Translations under genes and position numbers: made by a program
The notes under the pieces: model-generated
The model's input: only the letters and a program-made list of their open reading frames with translations
What the model was told of the DNA's origin: nothing
Databases searched by the model: none
Shown here: piece by piece, positions 8,679 to 18,808 of the stretch
How the letters are laid out: every line of letters begins with the position of its first letter
Position numbering within the stretch: the stretch's first letter is position 1
Source: Pseudomonadota bacterium
Lineage (GTDB): Bacteria; Bdellovibrionota_B; Oligoflexia; Oligoflexales; CAIMVM01
DNA: 42,827 nt
NCBI GenBank assembly: GCA_037142195.1
Contig: JBAXBA010000028.1
Location: forward strand, 1-42,827
Direction of reading: 5' to 3'

Positions 8679-9245
8679 AAAATACTCCTTAAATTTCTTT
8701 TGTAAGACCGTCCTACAAAAAGTTCGTCATTTCTTCGACGAAGAAGCTTGTATTGGAATTTTTGATTCCACGCAAGATTGGAAAAATGTTTAAAAATCGA
8801 TAAGCCATGCATAAAAAGCATGGTTTTTTTTCCCAGAAAATCATTGGTATAGATCGATTATGCAAAGTTGAATTGCCCAGAATAGGTTTTGGTAAAGCAG
8901 TTAGGTCTTTTCATGGTTGCTCCGAAAGGCGTAACTAGATGGCCTCTCGAAGGGTTATAAAAGCTGCCTTCGCTCGGTAAAGTGGCTGAATCTTCGTGAG
9001 TTCAGGTGGCTCAACGGAGGTGCAATACCTATGGTGTAATGAAATCAGTGGCCTACTGAGATCTCGATGATTATATCGGATCTTGAATCCGAAATTTTAA
9101 GGGCGAAAGATTGAGAAGAAATGAAATAGACATTGCCTTTGCAGAGTCAAAATTTAAGTGCGGTCGAGGATAGTTTTATAATCACCTTAGTCCCTTTTTT
9201 GTTCGGATCGGCCCAGCTGTGCTAAAACAAATATTTGCTCGATTG

Positions 9246-9266
9246 GTATAGCAATTATAGCTATAC
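9246..9266. promoter_or_regulatory. Inverted repeat upstream of the LysR gene (possible autoregulatory box)
   Basis: GTATAGC-aattata-GCTATAC, about 30 nt before the likely LysR start. Confidence 0.4.
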
Positions 9267-9294
9267 TGGATCATCGGGTAAAGGGGAGGTTTTC

Positions 9295-10194
9295 ATGCTT
9301 AAAGATCTGAAAATTGCTGAGCTGCGCATGCTTTGTGAGATACCAAATCAGCCGTCACTGCGCTCTTTGGCGAGAATGTTTGGAGAAACGCCGCAAAACA
9401 TGTCAAAGATCGTCAAAAATATGGAACAAAAAACTGGGGAGAAGTTGGTCTTTCGTTCCGCACACGGCTATGAGCCTACTGAGGCAGCGTTTCAAATTGC
9501 GAAAAGCTTAGAGACTATCGTACTCAAGCTTTCAAATTTTGAGCTGGAAAATAATTCTGATGAAATAGAAAACGCAACCGTCTATTCGTTTTGTAGTCGT
9601 GCCTTCATGAACTTTTGTTTTGCTCCGTCGATAGTCGAGTCCTTTTCAAATCTCGAAACGCAAATTGGCTTTAGTTTTTTAGACGCTTCGCCGCGAAAGA
9701 AAGAAGAATGGTCGCGTTTAGGATTGCTGGACATTATTTTGTCGGTTGGCGAGTTGAATCTTTCTAAGGAGTGGAGTCACGAGGCCATAGGGGAAATAAA
9801 GTGGGCTTTTTTCACGCGCCTTAACCATCCTCTTGGTTCAGTTGCCACCGTCGCCAAGCTGCAGAAATACCCCATCATTTTGCATAGCCATATCGAAGGA
9901 TCTCGAGTTTTAGATAGCCAATTCATGGGAGAAAAGAAAATAGTTCCGAAGATTTTTGGAGCCTTTACCGAAACAAATCTGGCTGCGTTACAGATTGCCG
10001 CTAAAACGAACCAAGTCTGTTTTGTTCCCGAAGTGATTGTTAAATCCCTCGGTCTTAATTACCAGGTGCAAAAGCTCGTGATAAGTGACTTCGTGGATTC
10101 AGCCCCTCCGCTTTTACTTTACGCACACAAAGACCGCGTTAAGATGACTCACTTGAGCATCATAAAAAAAGCCATTCTAAAAATGTTCCATTAG
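9295..10194 (+). CDS. LysR-family transcriptional regulator
   Basis: N-terminal HTH (SLRSLARMFGETPQNMSKIVKNMEQKTGEKLVFRS...PTEAA) and a substrate-binding domain (GLLDIIL...HPL). ATG 9295 follows AAGGGGAGG. Confidence 0.85.
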   Translation: MLKDLKIAELRMLCEIPNQPSLRSLARMFGETPQNMSKIVKNMEQKTGEKLVFRSAHGYEPTEAAFQIAKSLETIVLKLSNFELENNSDEIENATVYSFCSRAFMNFCFAPSIVESFSNLETQIGFSFLDASPRKKEEWSRLGLLDIILSVGELNLSKEWSHEAIGEIKWAFFTRLNHPLGSVATVAKLQKYPIILHSHIEGSRVLDSQFMGEKKIVPKIFGAFTETNLAALQIAAKTNQVCFVPEVIVKSLGLNYQVQKLVISDFVDSAPPLLLYAHKDRVKMTHLSIIKKAILKMFH

Positions 10195-10462
10195 GAAATC
10201 CTTCGCAAGAACGGCTGAATCCCTCTCATTTGGAGAAGAAGTGCAAGAATGACTTGATCGAAAAGAAGCTGCCGTATATCGAGGTGTAAGGTGTGATTCT
10301 AAAAGTGAGAAGTTAGGTTGGCGTTAAACCTAGCTCAAGCTTATTGAGGTTTCTCAAATAGGAAGGCGGGTTTGATCTGGCGGCAACCGTGCCAAGATGA
10401 AGAGTTGTCTAGGCGTTCATTCTTAGAGGCTTAAGAAATACTGGCGGATTTAATGGGACCAG

Positions 10463-10720
10463 TTAGCTGGCTGTCTCATCCAGTTCAGCTTGCTTCCTGG
10501 CTACTTTTTGGCAGATGGCAAAGAGTTTTTGTTTGTCATCCATGTGCTTCATGAGTGTCCCTAGCCTATGTGCTAGCAAGCCAGCTAGCTCTTTAGGGTC
10601 TATATCCGAATCATTCAGGGAGCTTATAATGACTTGATCTAAGGCATCCGAGGCTCTTTTCAACTTGATAACAGTCGCGTTTAGCGTTTTTCTCTCTGGA
10701 AAGTTGATTACGTTTCCCAT
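10463..10720 (-). CDS. Hypothetical protein (85 aa)
   Basis: GGAGG RBS, N-terminal NVINFP motif, plausible helical protein. Confidence 0.7.
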   Translation of the reverse strand: MGNVINFPERKTLNATVIKLKRASDALDQVIISSLNDSDIDPKELAGLLAHRLGTLMKHMDDKQKLFAICQKVARKQAELDETAS

Positions 10721-10946
10721 AGTAGACCTCCAATCCTGCCGTGTTCAAGTATGATTATCGGCTAATTAGCCCCCACCCTTGAATTATACTCAACTTTTGC
10801 TAGATAATCTTTCCCTAAATGGTATAACTTTTTGCTTTTTAGATTATCTTCCCCAAGGCTTACAGGCAGTTGCGTTAAAGAATGGGGATTTGTGTTTTAA
10901 AAAGCAAAATAGAAGCTAAAGTGCTTTTTTGATTAGGGAGACTATC

Positions 10947-12344
10947 ATGGGTCAGGATTTGTATGATTTGGTTGTCATCGGTGCGGGTCCTGGCGGATAT
11001 GCCGGAGCTATCAGAGCTGCTCAGTTAGGCCTTAAAGTTGCCTTAATCGAGAAGCGAGAGGGCCAGCATTTAGGGGGTACTTGTCTTAATGTGGGATGTA
11101 TTCCGACCAAGTCTTTACTAGAGTCTGCTAAAACTTGGGAAAAATTGTCTCATGCCAGCGAGCTGGGTTTTAATATAGGAAATCCGACCTATGATTGGCA
11201 GAGAATTATGGAACGGAAAGACAAGATCGTAGATACCCAGCGAAAAGGTCTTCAGTTCTTAATGAAAAAAAATAAGATTGACGTTTTCTATGGGGCAGGG
11301 CGCCTTGAGTCGAAGACCCAAGTTTCTTATACTGATAAGTCTGGCAAAAAAGAAGTTTTGAACTGCAAGTTCATCTTGCTTGCAACGGGTTCCAAAGTTC
11401 GTGAGTTACCTTTTGCTAAGGCGAATGGAACCACAATTTTAACTTCCGATTCCGTTTTGTTTATAGATCAAGTGCCTAAGTCACTTTGTATCATTGGCGG
11501 TGGTATTGTCGGAATGGAATTCGCAAGCCTATTTGGCCGATTTGGTACACAAGTTACGGTTTTAGAAGGAGCCCCGCAAGTGCTCCCGAGTCTTGATGAA
11601 GAATGCGCAAAAGAACTGGTTAAGAGTCTTAAAAAGCAAAATGTGACTGTAGAGGCCGGAGTTACGATTACAGGTGTAGAAGATTCCAAGGGGCAAGTTG
11701 TTGTGAAGTTGAAAGGTGCCGAGGATCGCAGGTTTGACCGCGTCTTGGTTTCAGTAGGTCGAGCTCCCGTTACCGAAGATTTAGGTCTTGAAAAGGTCGG
11801 CCTTAGTACGGATAGAGGCTATATCAAAACTGATGCTCACTATCTCACTGCGGTTGCAAATATATTTGCCATTGGAGACATTCTTACAACTCCAGCTTTA
11901 GCTCACACAGCTACTGCCGAGGCGGTTCATGCTGCAGAGGTTATGGCTGGGCTTCATCCAAAGGTGATCGACTATCAAACGAACCCCAATGCCGTCTATA
12001 CGTATCCAGAAGTTGCTTCCGTGGGTATGACCGAAAAAGAGCTACGGGAAAAAGGAATCGAGTATAAAATTGGCAAGTTTCCATTTATGCCTATGGCTAA
12101 AGCGAAAATTGAAGATGCAACTGAAGGATTTGTTAAGATTCTATTTGACCCTATTTATCATGAACTTTTAGGTGTCCACATTGTGGGAGCCAAGGCAACA
12201 GAGATTATTGGTGAATTTGTATTAGGGAAGATCCTGGAAACTACCGTTGATGAAATTGGCCGCGCTATTCATCCCCATCCCACGCTGTCGGAAGCTTCCA
12301 TGGAGGCCGCGCATGCTGCGTTAGGCCACGCTATTCACGGATGA
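10947..12344 (+). CDS. lpdA: Dihydrolipoyl dehydrogenase (E3)
   Basis: GAGPGG FAD motif, GGTCLNVGCIPTK redox disulfide and HPHPTLSE. ATG 10947 follows AGGGAG. Confidence 0.97.
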   Translation: MGQDLYDLVVIGAGPGGYAGAIRAAQLGLKVALIEKREGQHLGGTCLNVGCIPTKSLLESAKTWEKLSHASELGFNIGNPTYDWQRIMERKDKIVDTQRKGLQFLMKKNKIDVFYGAGRLESKTQVSYTDKSGKKEVLNCKFILLATGSKVRELPFAKANGTTILTSDSVLFIDQVPKSLCIIGGGIVGMEFASLFGRFGTQVTVLEGAPQVLPSLDEECAKELVKSLKKQNVTVEAGVTITGVEDSKGQVVVKLKGAEDRRFDRVLVSVGRAPVTEDLGLEKVGLSTDRGYIKTDAHYLTAVANIFAIGDILTTPALAHTATAEAVHAAEVMAGLHPKVIDYQTNPNAVYTYPEVASVGMTEKELREKGIEYKIGKFPFMPMAKAKIEDATEGFVKILFDPIYHELLGVHIVGAKATEIIGEFVLGKILETTVDEIGRAIHPHPTLSEASMEAAHAALGHAIHG

Positions 12345-12370
12345 ATTTGATTTAGTCGAGGAGAGACAGA

Positions 12371-13753
12371 ATGGCAATTGAAGTTGTAGTACCTTTGATG
12401 GGAGAAGGTATTTTTGAAGCCACTCTCGTGAAGTGGCTTAAAAAACCAGGTGATAAAGTTGAAAAAGATGAACCATTACTTGAAGTCTCTACGGACAAAG
12501 TAGATACGGAAATTCCCGCTATAGCCGGTGGCTATGTGATTGCACTCTATGCCCAAGCAAGCGATGTGGTATTAGTGGATCAGGTTATTGCCCATATTGG
12601 CGTTTCTCCTGATGAAAAGGTGGCTGCACCCGTAAGGTCTGCGCCTACAAAGAGTCCATCCCCAAAACCATCCTCTGTAGCGGCACGGCCAGGGCAGAGT
12701 GCGGGGGCTGCCAACAAGCCTAGTGGACCGATGGGGGCTCAATTTTCCCCCCAAGGTAATAGACCAGGTTACCAAACTGCTACAGTTCCGCTGGAATTAG
12801 CGGGAACCGTGAGATCGTCTCCACTGGTGCGCCGAATGGCAAGCGAGATGGGAATTGATTTGCGATTCGTGGAAGGAACGGGACAGTTTTCTAGAATTAC
12901 GAAGCAGGATTTGCAGCAGTTTTTGTCTGGGGGAGGTTCTCGAATCCCTACGATAGAAGCCGTTGCCTCCTCCCCTGAAAGCTTGGTTGCTCAAGCGGAT
13001 ATGGCACCATTTCGAGTCAAGACAAGAGAGTCTGATGGAGTAGAGACTTTGGAGGGCGTCGGAGTTCGTCGAGAGCCCATGACGAAGATGAGAAAGCTAA
13101 TTGCAGATCATATGGTACAGTCCATAAGAACGAGCGCTCATGTCACCACTACGATTGAAATTGATTTAGAAAAAATTGTACAGCTGAGACGTGAAAAAAA
13201 TCACGCTTTTGCGGAGCGTAATGGTTTTAAACTTACATTTACACCTTTCTTTCTTCATGCTGCCATTCAGGCCATTAAAAAAGATATGATTTTTAATTGT
13301 TCTGTTGATGGCTACGATATTCTTTGGAAAGACGATATTAATTTAGGTTGCGCAGTCGCTATAGATGAAGGGCTTATTGTGCCTGTCATTAAAAAAGCCC
13401 AAGACTTGTCCCTGACGGAAATTGCTGGAAGGCTCAATGATCTCGCGTTAAGAGCCAGATCGAAAAGCTTAAAGCCCGATGAGGTAAAAGGTGGAACCTT
13501 TTCTGTGACAAACCCCGGCATGTTTGGATGTTTGGTTTCGACTCCTATTATTAATCAACCACAAGTTGCTATTATGTCAGTCGGTGGAATTATTCGTCGG
13601 CCTGTTGTGATTGAAAATGATCAGATCGCGATTCGGTCTATTGCCTCCCTTGGAATCACCTTTGACCATCGAGTGATTGACGGGCAGGGTGGGGCTCGCT
13701 TTTTGTCAAATATCAAAAATGCTTTAGAATCCCCCACAGACTTGGGTATTTAA
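12371..13753 (+). CDS. 2-oxoacid dehydrogenase E2 (dihydrolipoamide acyltransferase, SucB/DlaT-like), single lipoyl domain
   Basis: EVSTDKVDTEIP lipoyl motif, SPLVRRMA...GTG..RITKQD E3-binding domain and FDHRVIDG catalytic motif. Substrate specificity cannot be determined. Confidence 0.92.
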   Translation: MAIEVVVPLMGEGIFEATLVKWLKKPGDKVEKDEPLLEVSTDKVDTEIPAIAGGYVIALYAQASDVVLVDQVIAHIGVSPDEKVAAPVRSAPTKSPSPKPSSVAARPGQSAGAANKPSGPMGAQFSPQGNRPGYQTATVPLELAGTVRSSPLVRRMASEMGIDLRFVEGTGQFSRITKQDLQQFLSGGGSRIPTIEAVASSPESLVAQADMAPFRVKTRESDGVETLEGVGVRREPMTKMRKLIADHMVQSIRTSAHVTTTIEIDLEKIVQLRREKNHAFAERNGFKLTFTPFFLHAAIQAIKKDMIFNCSVDGYDILWKDDINLGCAVAIDEGLIVPVIKKAQDLSLTEIAGRLNDLALRARSKSLKPDEVKGGTFSVTNPGMFGCLVSTPIINQPQVAIMSVGGIIRRPVVIENDQIAIRSIASLGITFDHRVIDGQGGARFLSNIKNALESPTDLGI

Positions 13754-13839
13754 GAGTTGCTGTTTGAAGCGGCGGCGGTTTTTTCTTAAATTATGTAAAG
13801 ATTTCTTCCGATGGTATCAAGAAGCTATCGGAGTGACGC

Positions 13840-14802
13840 GTGTCAGGTAAGAACTATACATTAAAACCGGGACAAATTCTTTTCAAAGAAGGTGAGAAGT
13901 CCAATGGCATGTTCTTAGTGCGAAAAGGCGAATTACAAGTCTTTGTCACGCAGGGAACTAAAGAAGTCAATTTGGCAGTTGTCGGCGCAGGTGGCATGAT
14001 CGGGGAAATGGCCCTATTTGATCAAAAACCTAGATCTGCTTCGGTGCGAGCTAAAGAAGAGTCAGAAGTTTCTCATATAACTAACGACGATTTTGTAAAT
14101 TTGATGAAACAAATTCCCAAGTGGTTCGTGGGCTTGATGACCACGTTATCAGGCCGTTTAAGGACTACAAATGATCGCCTCCAAAAGGTCGAAGCAAAAT
14201 CAAATAGACCTTATCAGGGGCTTTTAAGAACTCTTCATGTCCTAGATTTAATTTGGAGCGTATATGGCGAAAAAGAAGGAAAGTCTACTAGCTTAGTAAA
14301 AGCTGTGGCTATGGATGCGATTCGTCAAATACTGCCTGATGACTATGGGATTTTTGAAGAGGTTTTGCTCACGTTAGAAGAGTCTCAGATGATTACCTCA
14401 ACAAAGACAGGACGGGGAATTACGCTGCAGACCCAAAGCAAAGGGAGCTTGTCGAGATTTGCTGAATATTTAGCAAAATTCGTGGAGACTCACCCGGGGG
14501 TTCCCTGCTTAAGTGACGATGCCATCAATATCTTACGCACGATCGATGGCCATCTAAAACAGTCACCCTATGAAAGCCTGCAGATGGGCTTTAAGGATCT
14601 GGTACAGGCAGGATTGGATGCTCAGCATGACATTACTCAATGGGCAGCAACTTTGGCAGTTTTTAAAGACTTTGGCGATTCGATCCAGCTTGTAAAGGGT
14701 TCTGATGGCAAACCCGCCCTCAAAGTACATAAAGACAGCATTAATAAGGTCTTAGAGTATCATCAGGTCATCAGACGACTCGCCCTCAAGAAATTTGCAT
14801 AA
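13840..14802 (+). CDS. Cyclic-nucleotide-binding (Crp/Fnr-like) protein with extended C-terminus
   Basis: LFKEGE...G...IGEMALFDQKPRSASVRA cNMP-binding cassette. Confidence 0.85.
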   Translation: MSGKNYTLKPGQILFKEGEKSNGMFLVRKGELQVFVTQGTKEVNLAVVGAGGMIGEMALFDQKPRSASVRAKEESEVSHITNDDFVNLMKQIPKWFVGLMTTLSGRLRTTNDRLQKVEAKSNRPYQGLLRTLHVLDLIWSVYGEKEGKSTSLVKAVAMDAIRQILPDDYGIFEEVLLTLEESQMITSTKTGRGITLQTQSKGSLSRFAEYLAKFVETHPGVPCLSDDAINILRTIDGHLKQSPYESLQMGFKDLVQAGLDAQHDITQWAATLAVFKDFGDSIQLVKGSDGKPALKVHKDSINKVLEYHQVIRRLALKKFA

Positions 14803-14833
14803 ATACATTTTTAGGGGTCTTAGTGATCTTTAA

Positions 14834-14863
14834 TTGACTAAAAAGCGTCCTCGGTATTAGTAT
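14834..14863 (+). promoter_or_regulatory. Putative sigma70 promoter of tig
   Basis: TTGACT, 18 nt, TAGTAT, about 80 nt upstream of the tig ATG. Confidence 0.45.
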
Positions 14864-14944
14864 GCCGACCTCTGGTCTAAAGGTAAACTCTGCTATTTTT
14901 ATGCATCAGATATTCAATAGCCATTTTCTGTTAGGAATTTTCAA

Positions 14945-16222
14945 ATGAAATCAGTAATTGAAGAGATTAACTCTGTCCAGCGCCGTATTAAAGTTTCTAT
15001 TCCAGGTGAAACTGTGAATAAGGCCTTTCAAACGGTTTATTCTAGAATTCAAAAGCAAGCAAAAATACCTGGGTTTCGACCGGGTAAAGCACCGATTTCT
15101 ATGATTAAGAAAATGTATGGTAACTCCATTGCAAATGATGTTGTTGATAGTTTAGTCAAAGAAAACTTGTTTCAAGAAATTGGAAATGCCGCGATTCGTC
15201 CCGTTGCTCCACCCGTGCTTGAAGTGAGTAGTTTGCCGGTACCGGATACCGAATTTGTTTTTTCAGCTATTTTGGATATTTTGCCGGAGATAAAAATTTC
15301 AGGCGGTAAAGAACTAGAAGTTTCTGCAAAAAAGGCAGTGTTTGAAGAAAGCCAAGTTCAAAAAGAATTGGAATTGTTGGCAAGCCGGAATGCAAAGTCT
15401 CGTGAAGTTACAGATCCCAATATAGCCGCTGAGAAAGGTAATTTAGTTCAAGTCTCCCATAAAGTGAGTGTCGATGGGGAAACTGTAGATTCTATGGCAG
15501 CTGAGAAAATGTCCGTAAAACTTGGCGTGGATGAAATCCATCCTGAACTTGAGGCTGCACTTATCGGCTTAAAAGTTGGCGAGTTGAAAAAGGTTTCTAT
15601 CGTTGTAGCGCAAGATTTTGAAGATTCTTCGATTGCCGGTAAAACTGCTGAATTTGAGCTTCAAATTACAGGCATTTCGGTTATGGAAAATCCTTCTATT
15701 GACGATGAATTTGCCAAAGATTTAAATTTTGACTCGCTGGCGGATCTTGAGAAGAGAATCAGAGAGTCTATAGAAGTAAATCTCAAGAATCAAAATAAGC
15801 GTGAGCTTGACCAGGCTCTTTTGACGGCCCTAAGAACTAAGAATACATTTGATGTTCCACCCGCTATGGTTGATGAAGTTGTCGATTCCATGATTACGGA
15901 AGCTGTAGGCGAAGATAAGAATAGAGCAAAAGAACTAGCTAAAGATGAAAATGTTCGTAAGAGCTTCAGAGATCAGGCTAAGATGAGGGTTCAAAACTCA
16001 CTTTTGCTTTGGGAGCTTGCAAAATTGGAAGAACTTAAAGTAGAAGCTGATGAAATTGTAGCGCATGTACGGAGTACTCTTGGGCCAAGTCAAGAAGGTC
16101 CTAAAACTGAAAAATACATCACGGATGTCATTAAGCAGTTTGGTCCTAGAATTCAGGAAAACATATTGCTAGAAAAAGCTTTAGAAGTACTAAGATCGAG
16201 TGCGAAAATAACTTATATTTGA
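14945..16222 (+). CDS. tig: Trigger factor
   Basis: IPGFRPGKAP ribosome-binding motif, FKBP-like middle domain, IDDEFAK; lies upstream of clpP-clpX-lon. Confidence 0.96.
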   Translation: MKSVIEEINSVQRRIKVSIPGETVNKAFQTVYSRIQKQAKIPGFRPGKAPISMIKKMYGNSIANDVVDSLVKENLFQEIGNAAIRPVAPPVLEVSSLPVPDTEFVFSAILDILPEIKISGGKELEVSAKKAVFEESQVQKELELLASRNAKSREVTDPNIAAEKGNLVQVSHKVSVDGETVDSMAAEKMSVKLGVDEIHPELEAALIGLKVGELKKVSIVVAQDFEDSSIAGKTAEFELQITGISVMENPSIDDEFAKDLNFDSLADLEKRIRESIEVNLKNQNKRELDQALLTALRTKNTFDVPPAMVDEVVDSMITEAVGEDKNRAKELAKDENVRKSFRDQAKMRVQNSLLLWELAKLEELKVEADEIVAHVRSTLGPSQEGPKTEKYITDVIKQFGPRIQENILLEKALEVLRSSAKITYI

Positions 16223-16273
16223 TCAGATATAAGAGTTTTTGACTTAGATTGAGTTTTTAAATTTGTCTTTGTT

Positions 16274-16310
16274 AAGTTCTACCAAATAGTTGTATTTGGT
16301 AGAACTTTTT
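16274..16310 (+). terminator. Intrinsic terminator after tig
   Basis: Perfect 15-bp stem AAGTTCTACCAAATA-gttg-TATTTGGTAGAACTT followed by TTT. Confidence 0.75.
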
Positions 16311-16487
16311 ACATAGATGCTTAAATCTGATAACGAATATTGATACCGATGGGATTCAGTGTCTGAGTCGTCTTTAGGTTATATAAATGTCGTCATAATT
16401 TTGAAGTCACTTTCTTTAATAAAGACGGTGGCATCCGAAAGGAGACACTCAGGGGTGTGCTTTTTATGCCCAGATGATTTCCATCTC

Positions 16488-16520
16488 AAACTCTGAGTTC
16501 CTGAGGAGCAGAGTTTTTTT
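16488..16520 (+). terminator. Second terminator-like hairpin in the tig-clpP spacer
   Basis: AAACTCTG...CAGAGTTT stem running into a T tract. Confidence 0.45.
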
Positions 16521-16878
16521 AAAATTGCCTGTGGCGTATTTTTATACAATCAGGATTAAGCTATTTCTTAAAGCGAAACGGATATTGCCTAGCTCATTAA
16601 CTACCAAAAAATGGTCAATAAGTCACCAGACGACATGCAACCATTGAGGGTTAAGCACTCTAGCGGGGGGAGTGCTGTGGAAATTGTGTGGGAAAAAAGG
16701 AAAAATGCCTTTGGTTGCTGATAGATAAGACTCCCATAAGAAGGTCTCCCTAAAGTAATTTGTGATACACCCGAACCTCAATGCGAGGAAGGTAGTTTAC
16801 TTGATCTTCCTTCTGGCTTAACCTGAATCTTCCTATGTTGGGTCGTTTTTTGAGCTATTTTACGGAAAGGTTATTCTT

Positions 16879-17478
16879 ATGCCTCTAGTTCCTGTAGTTG
16901 TAGAACAAACAGCACGTGGTGAGCGTTCTTGGGATATATATTCTCGTCTTTTAAGAGACCGAATTATTATGCTTGGCACCCCAGTCAATGATGATGTAGC
17001 AAATATAATTGTAGCTCAGCTCTTATTTTTAGAATCAGAAGATCCAGATAAAGATATTCACCTCTATATAAACTCTCCAGGGGGCTCCATTACAGCGGGA
17101 ATGGCGATTTATGACTGTATGCAGGTAATCAAGCCACGTGTGCGGACCTATTGCTTAGGTCAGTGCGCTTCCATGGGCGCTTGGCTTTTAGCAGCCGGTC
17201 CCAAAGGATTTAGGTATATCCTCCCTAATGCTCGCGTCATGATTCACCAGCCACTTGGTGGAGCGACAGGCCAGGCGACTGATATTTCCATTCAGGCTCA
17301 AGAAATTATTAAGATAAAAGGTAAAATGACCGAAATATTAGCCAGACATACAGGACAACCCGTAATGAAAATAACCGAAGACATAGACCGTGATTATTTC
17401 ATGTCTGCTGAAGAAGCAAAAGCGTATGGAATTGTTGATGAAATCGTAGCGGCACGCATGAAAGATAAAAAGGACTAG
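16879..17478 (+). CDS. clpP: ATP-dependent Clp protease proteolytic subunit
   Basis: [19 protein letters not shown] (catalytic Ser), MIHQP and [11 protein letters not shown]. Confidence 0.98.
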   Translation: MPLVPVVVEQTARGERSWDIYSRLLRDRIIMLGTPVNDDVANIIVAQLLFLESEDPDKDIHLYINSPGGSITAGMAIYDCMQVIKPRVRTYCLGQCASMGAWLLAAGPKGFRYILPNARVMIHQPLGGATGQATDISIQAQEIIKIKGKMTEILARHTGQPVMKITEDIDRDYFMSAEEAKAYGIVDEIVAARMKDKKD

Positions 17479-17495
17479 AAGTCTTTGGAGGATTT

Positions 17496-18785
17496 ATGGC
17501 AGGTAAAGAAGCTGGCTTACATTGTAGTTTTTGTGGAAAGAGCCAAAAAGAAGTAAAAAAATTGATTGCTGGTCCAAATGTTTACATTTGCGACGAATGC
17601 ATATCTCTTTGCAATGATATTATTGCTGAGGAAGTGGATAAAGAAGAACTTCTAACTCCATCCGGCAAAGTGCCAAGTCCTAAAGAGATCAAGAGGATTT
17701 TGGATGATTATATCATTGGGCAAGACAAAGCTAAAAAGACTCTCTCCGTAGCCGTACATAATCACTATAAGCGCATCGAGACTAAAGCAAATAAGACGGC
17801 TGATAGTATCGAACTTCAAAAGTCGAATATTTTGATGCTGGGACCAACAGGAAGCGGCAAAACTCTCCTGGCTCAGACGTTAGCGAAAATTCTAAATGTA
17901 CCATTTACAATCGCTGATGCCACCAACCTTACAGAGGCCGGCTATGTTGGGGAAGATGTCGAAAATATCATTTTGTCGCTTCTTCAAAATGCGGATTATG
18001 ATGTTGAGCAAGCCCAAAGGGGCATTGCCTATGTAGATGAGATCGATAAGATCGCACGTAAAAGCGAGAATCCCTCTATTACGCGCGATGTTTCAGGCGA
18101 AGGCGTGCAGCAAGCATTGCTTAAAATCATTGAAGGCACCATTGCTAATGTTCCTCCAAGGGGCGGTAGAAAGCATCCACAGCAAGAGTTTTTGCAAGTG
18201 GATACTACGAATATTCTATTTATTTGCGGGGGAGCTTTTTCAGGGCTTGAGAACATTGTCGCACAACGCATGGAAACCTCAAGTATGGGATTCGGATCTG
18301 AGGTGACCTCAAAAACAGAGAGAAACCTTACCGACCTTTTCTTAAAGGCAAGAACCGAAGATCTTATTCGTTATGGATTGATTCCTGAGTTTTTGGGACG
18401 GGTGCCGGTCGTTGTAGCGCTTGCTCAGTTAGATGAGGCGGCTCTGATTCAGATATTGACTGAGCCTAAAAATGCAATTACCAAGCAGTTCCAAAAGCTA
18501 TTTGATTTTGAGAAGGTCCTACTTAAGTTTACAGAGGGATCGCTTCGTGCTGTAGTGAAGGAAGCTATTAAGCGCAAAACAGGAGCTCGGGGCTTAAGAG
18601 CCATCCTAGAGGATGCTATGCTCGATATCATGTATGAAATGCCAGGCGACGAGAATTTAAAAGAAGTGGTTATGACAGAAGAAGCAGTTGTTGGAACAGG
18701 GGAGCCCATCAAAGTTTACCTGTCTGATGAAGAGAAAAAAGAAAGATCTCAGAGAATAGAAGCAGCGGCAAGTCAGAAGAAATAA
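17496..18785 (+). CDS. clpX: Clp protease ATP-binding subunit ClpX
   Basis: CSFCGKSQ...ICDEC zinc domain, [20 protein letters not shown] and MGF loop. Confidence 0.98.
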   Translation: MAGKEAGLHCSFCGKSQKEVKKLIAGPNVYICDECISLCNDIIAEEVDKEELLTPSGKVPSPKEIKRILDDYIIGQDKAKKTLSVAVHNHYKRIETKANKTADSIELQKSNILMLGPTGSGKTLLAQTLAKILNVPFTIADATNLTEAGYVGEDVENIILSLLQNADYDVEQAQRGIAYVDEIDKIARKSENPSITRDVSGEGVQQALLKIIEGTIANVPPRGGRKHPQQEFLQVDTTNILFICGGAFSGLENIVAQRMETSSMGFGSEVTSKTERNLTDLFLKARTEDLIRYGLIPEFLGRVPVVVALAQLDEAALIQILTEPKNAITKQFQKLFDFEKVLLKFTEGSLRAVVKEAIKRKTGARGLRAILEDAMLDIMYEMPGDENLKEVVMTEEAVVGTGEPIKVYLSDEEKKERSQRIEAAASQKK

Positions 18786-18808
18786 CCAGCAATTTGCTAA
18801 AATACCAA

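Noticed and set aside
8636..8821. 61-aa ORF from the track (MLFMHGLS...)
   Set aside because: No RBS, lies in an AT-rich promoter-like region, and overlaps out of frame the 37-aa ORF that has a strong AAGGAG RBS.
16340..16460. Hammerhead ribozyme, 6S RNA or c-di-GMP riboswitch identity for the tig-clpP structure
   Set aside because: It lacks the CUGAUGA core, the 6S long-rod and bubble pattern and the GEMM consensus; kept only as an unnamed candidate.
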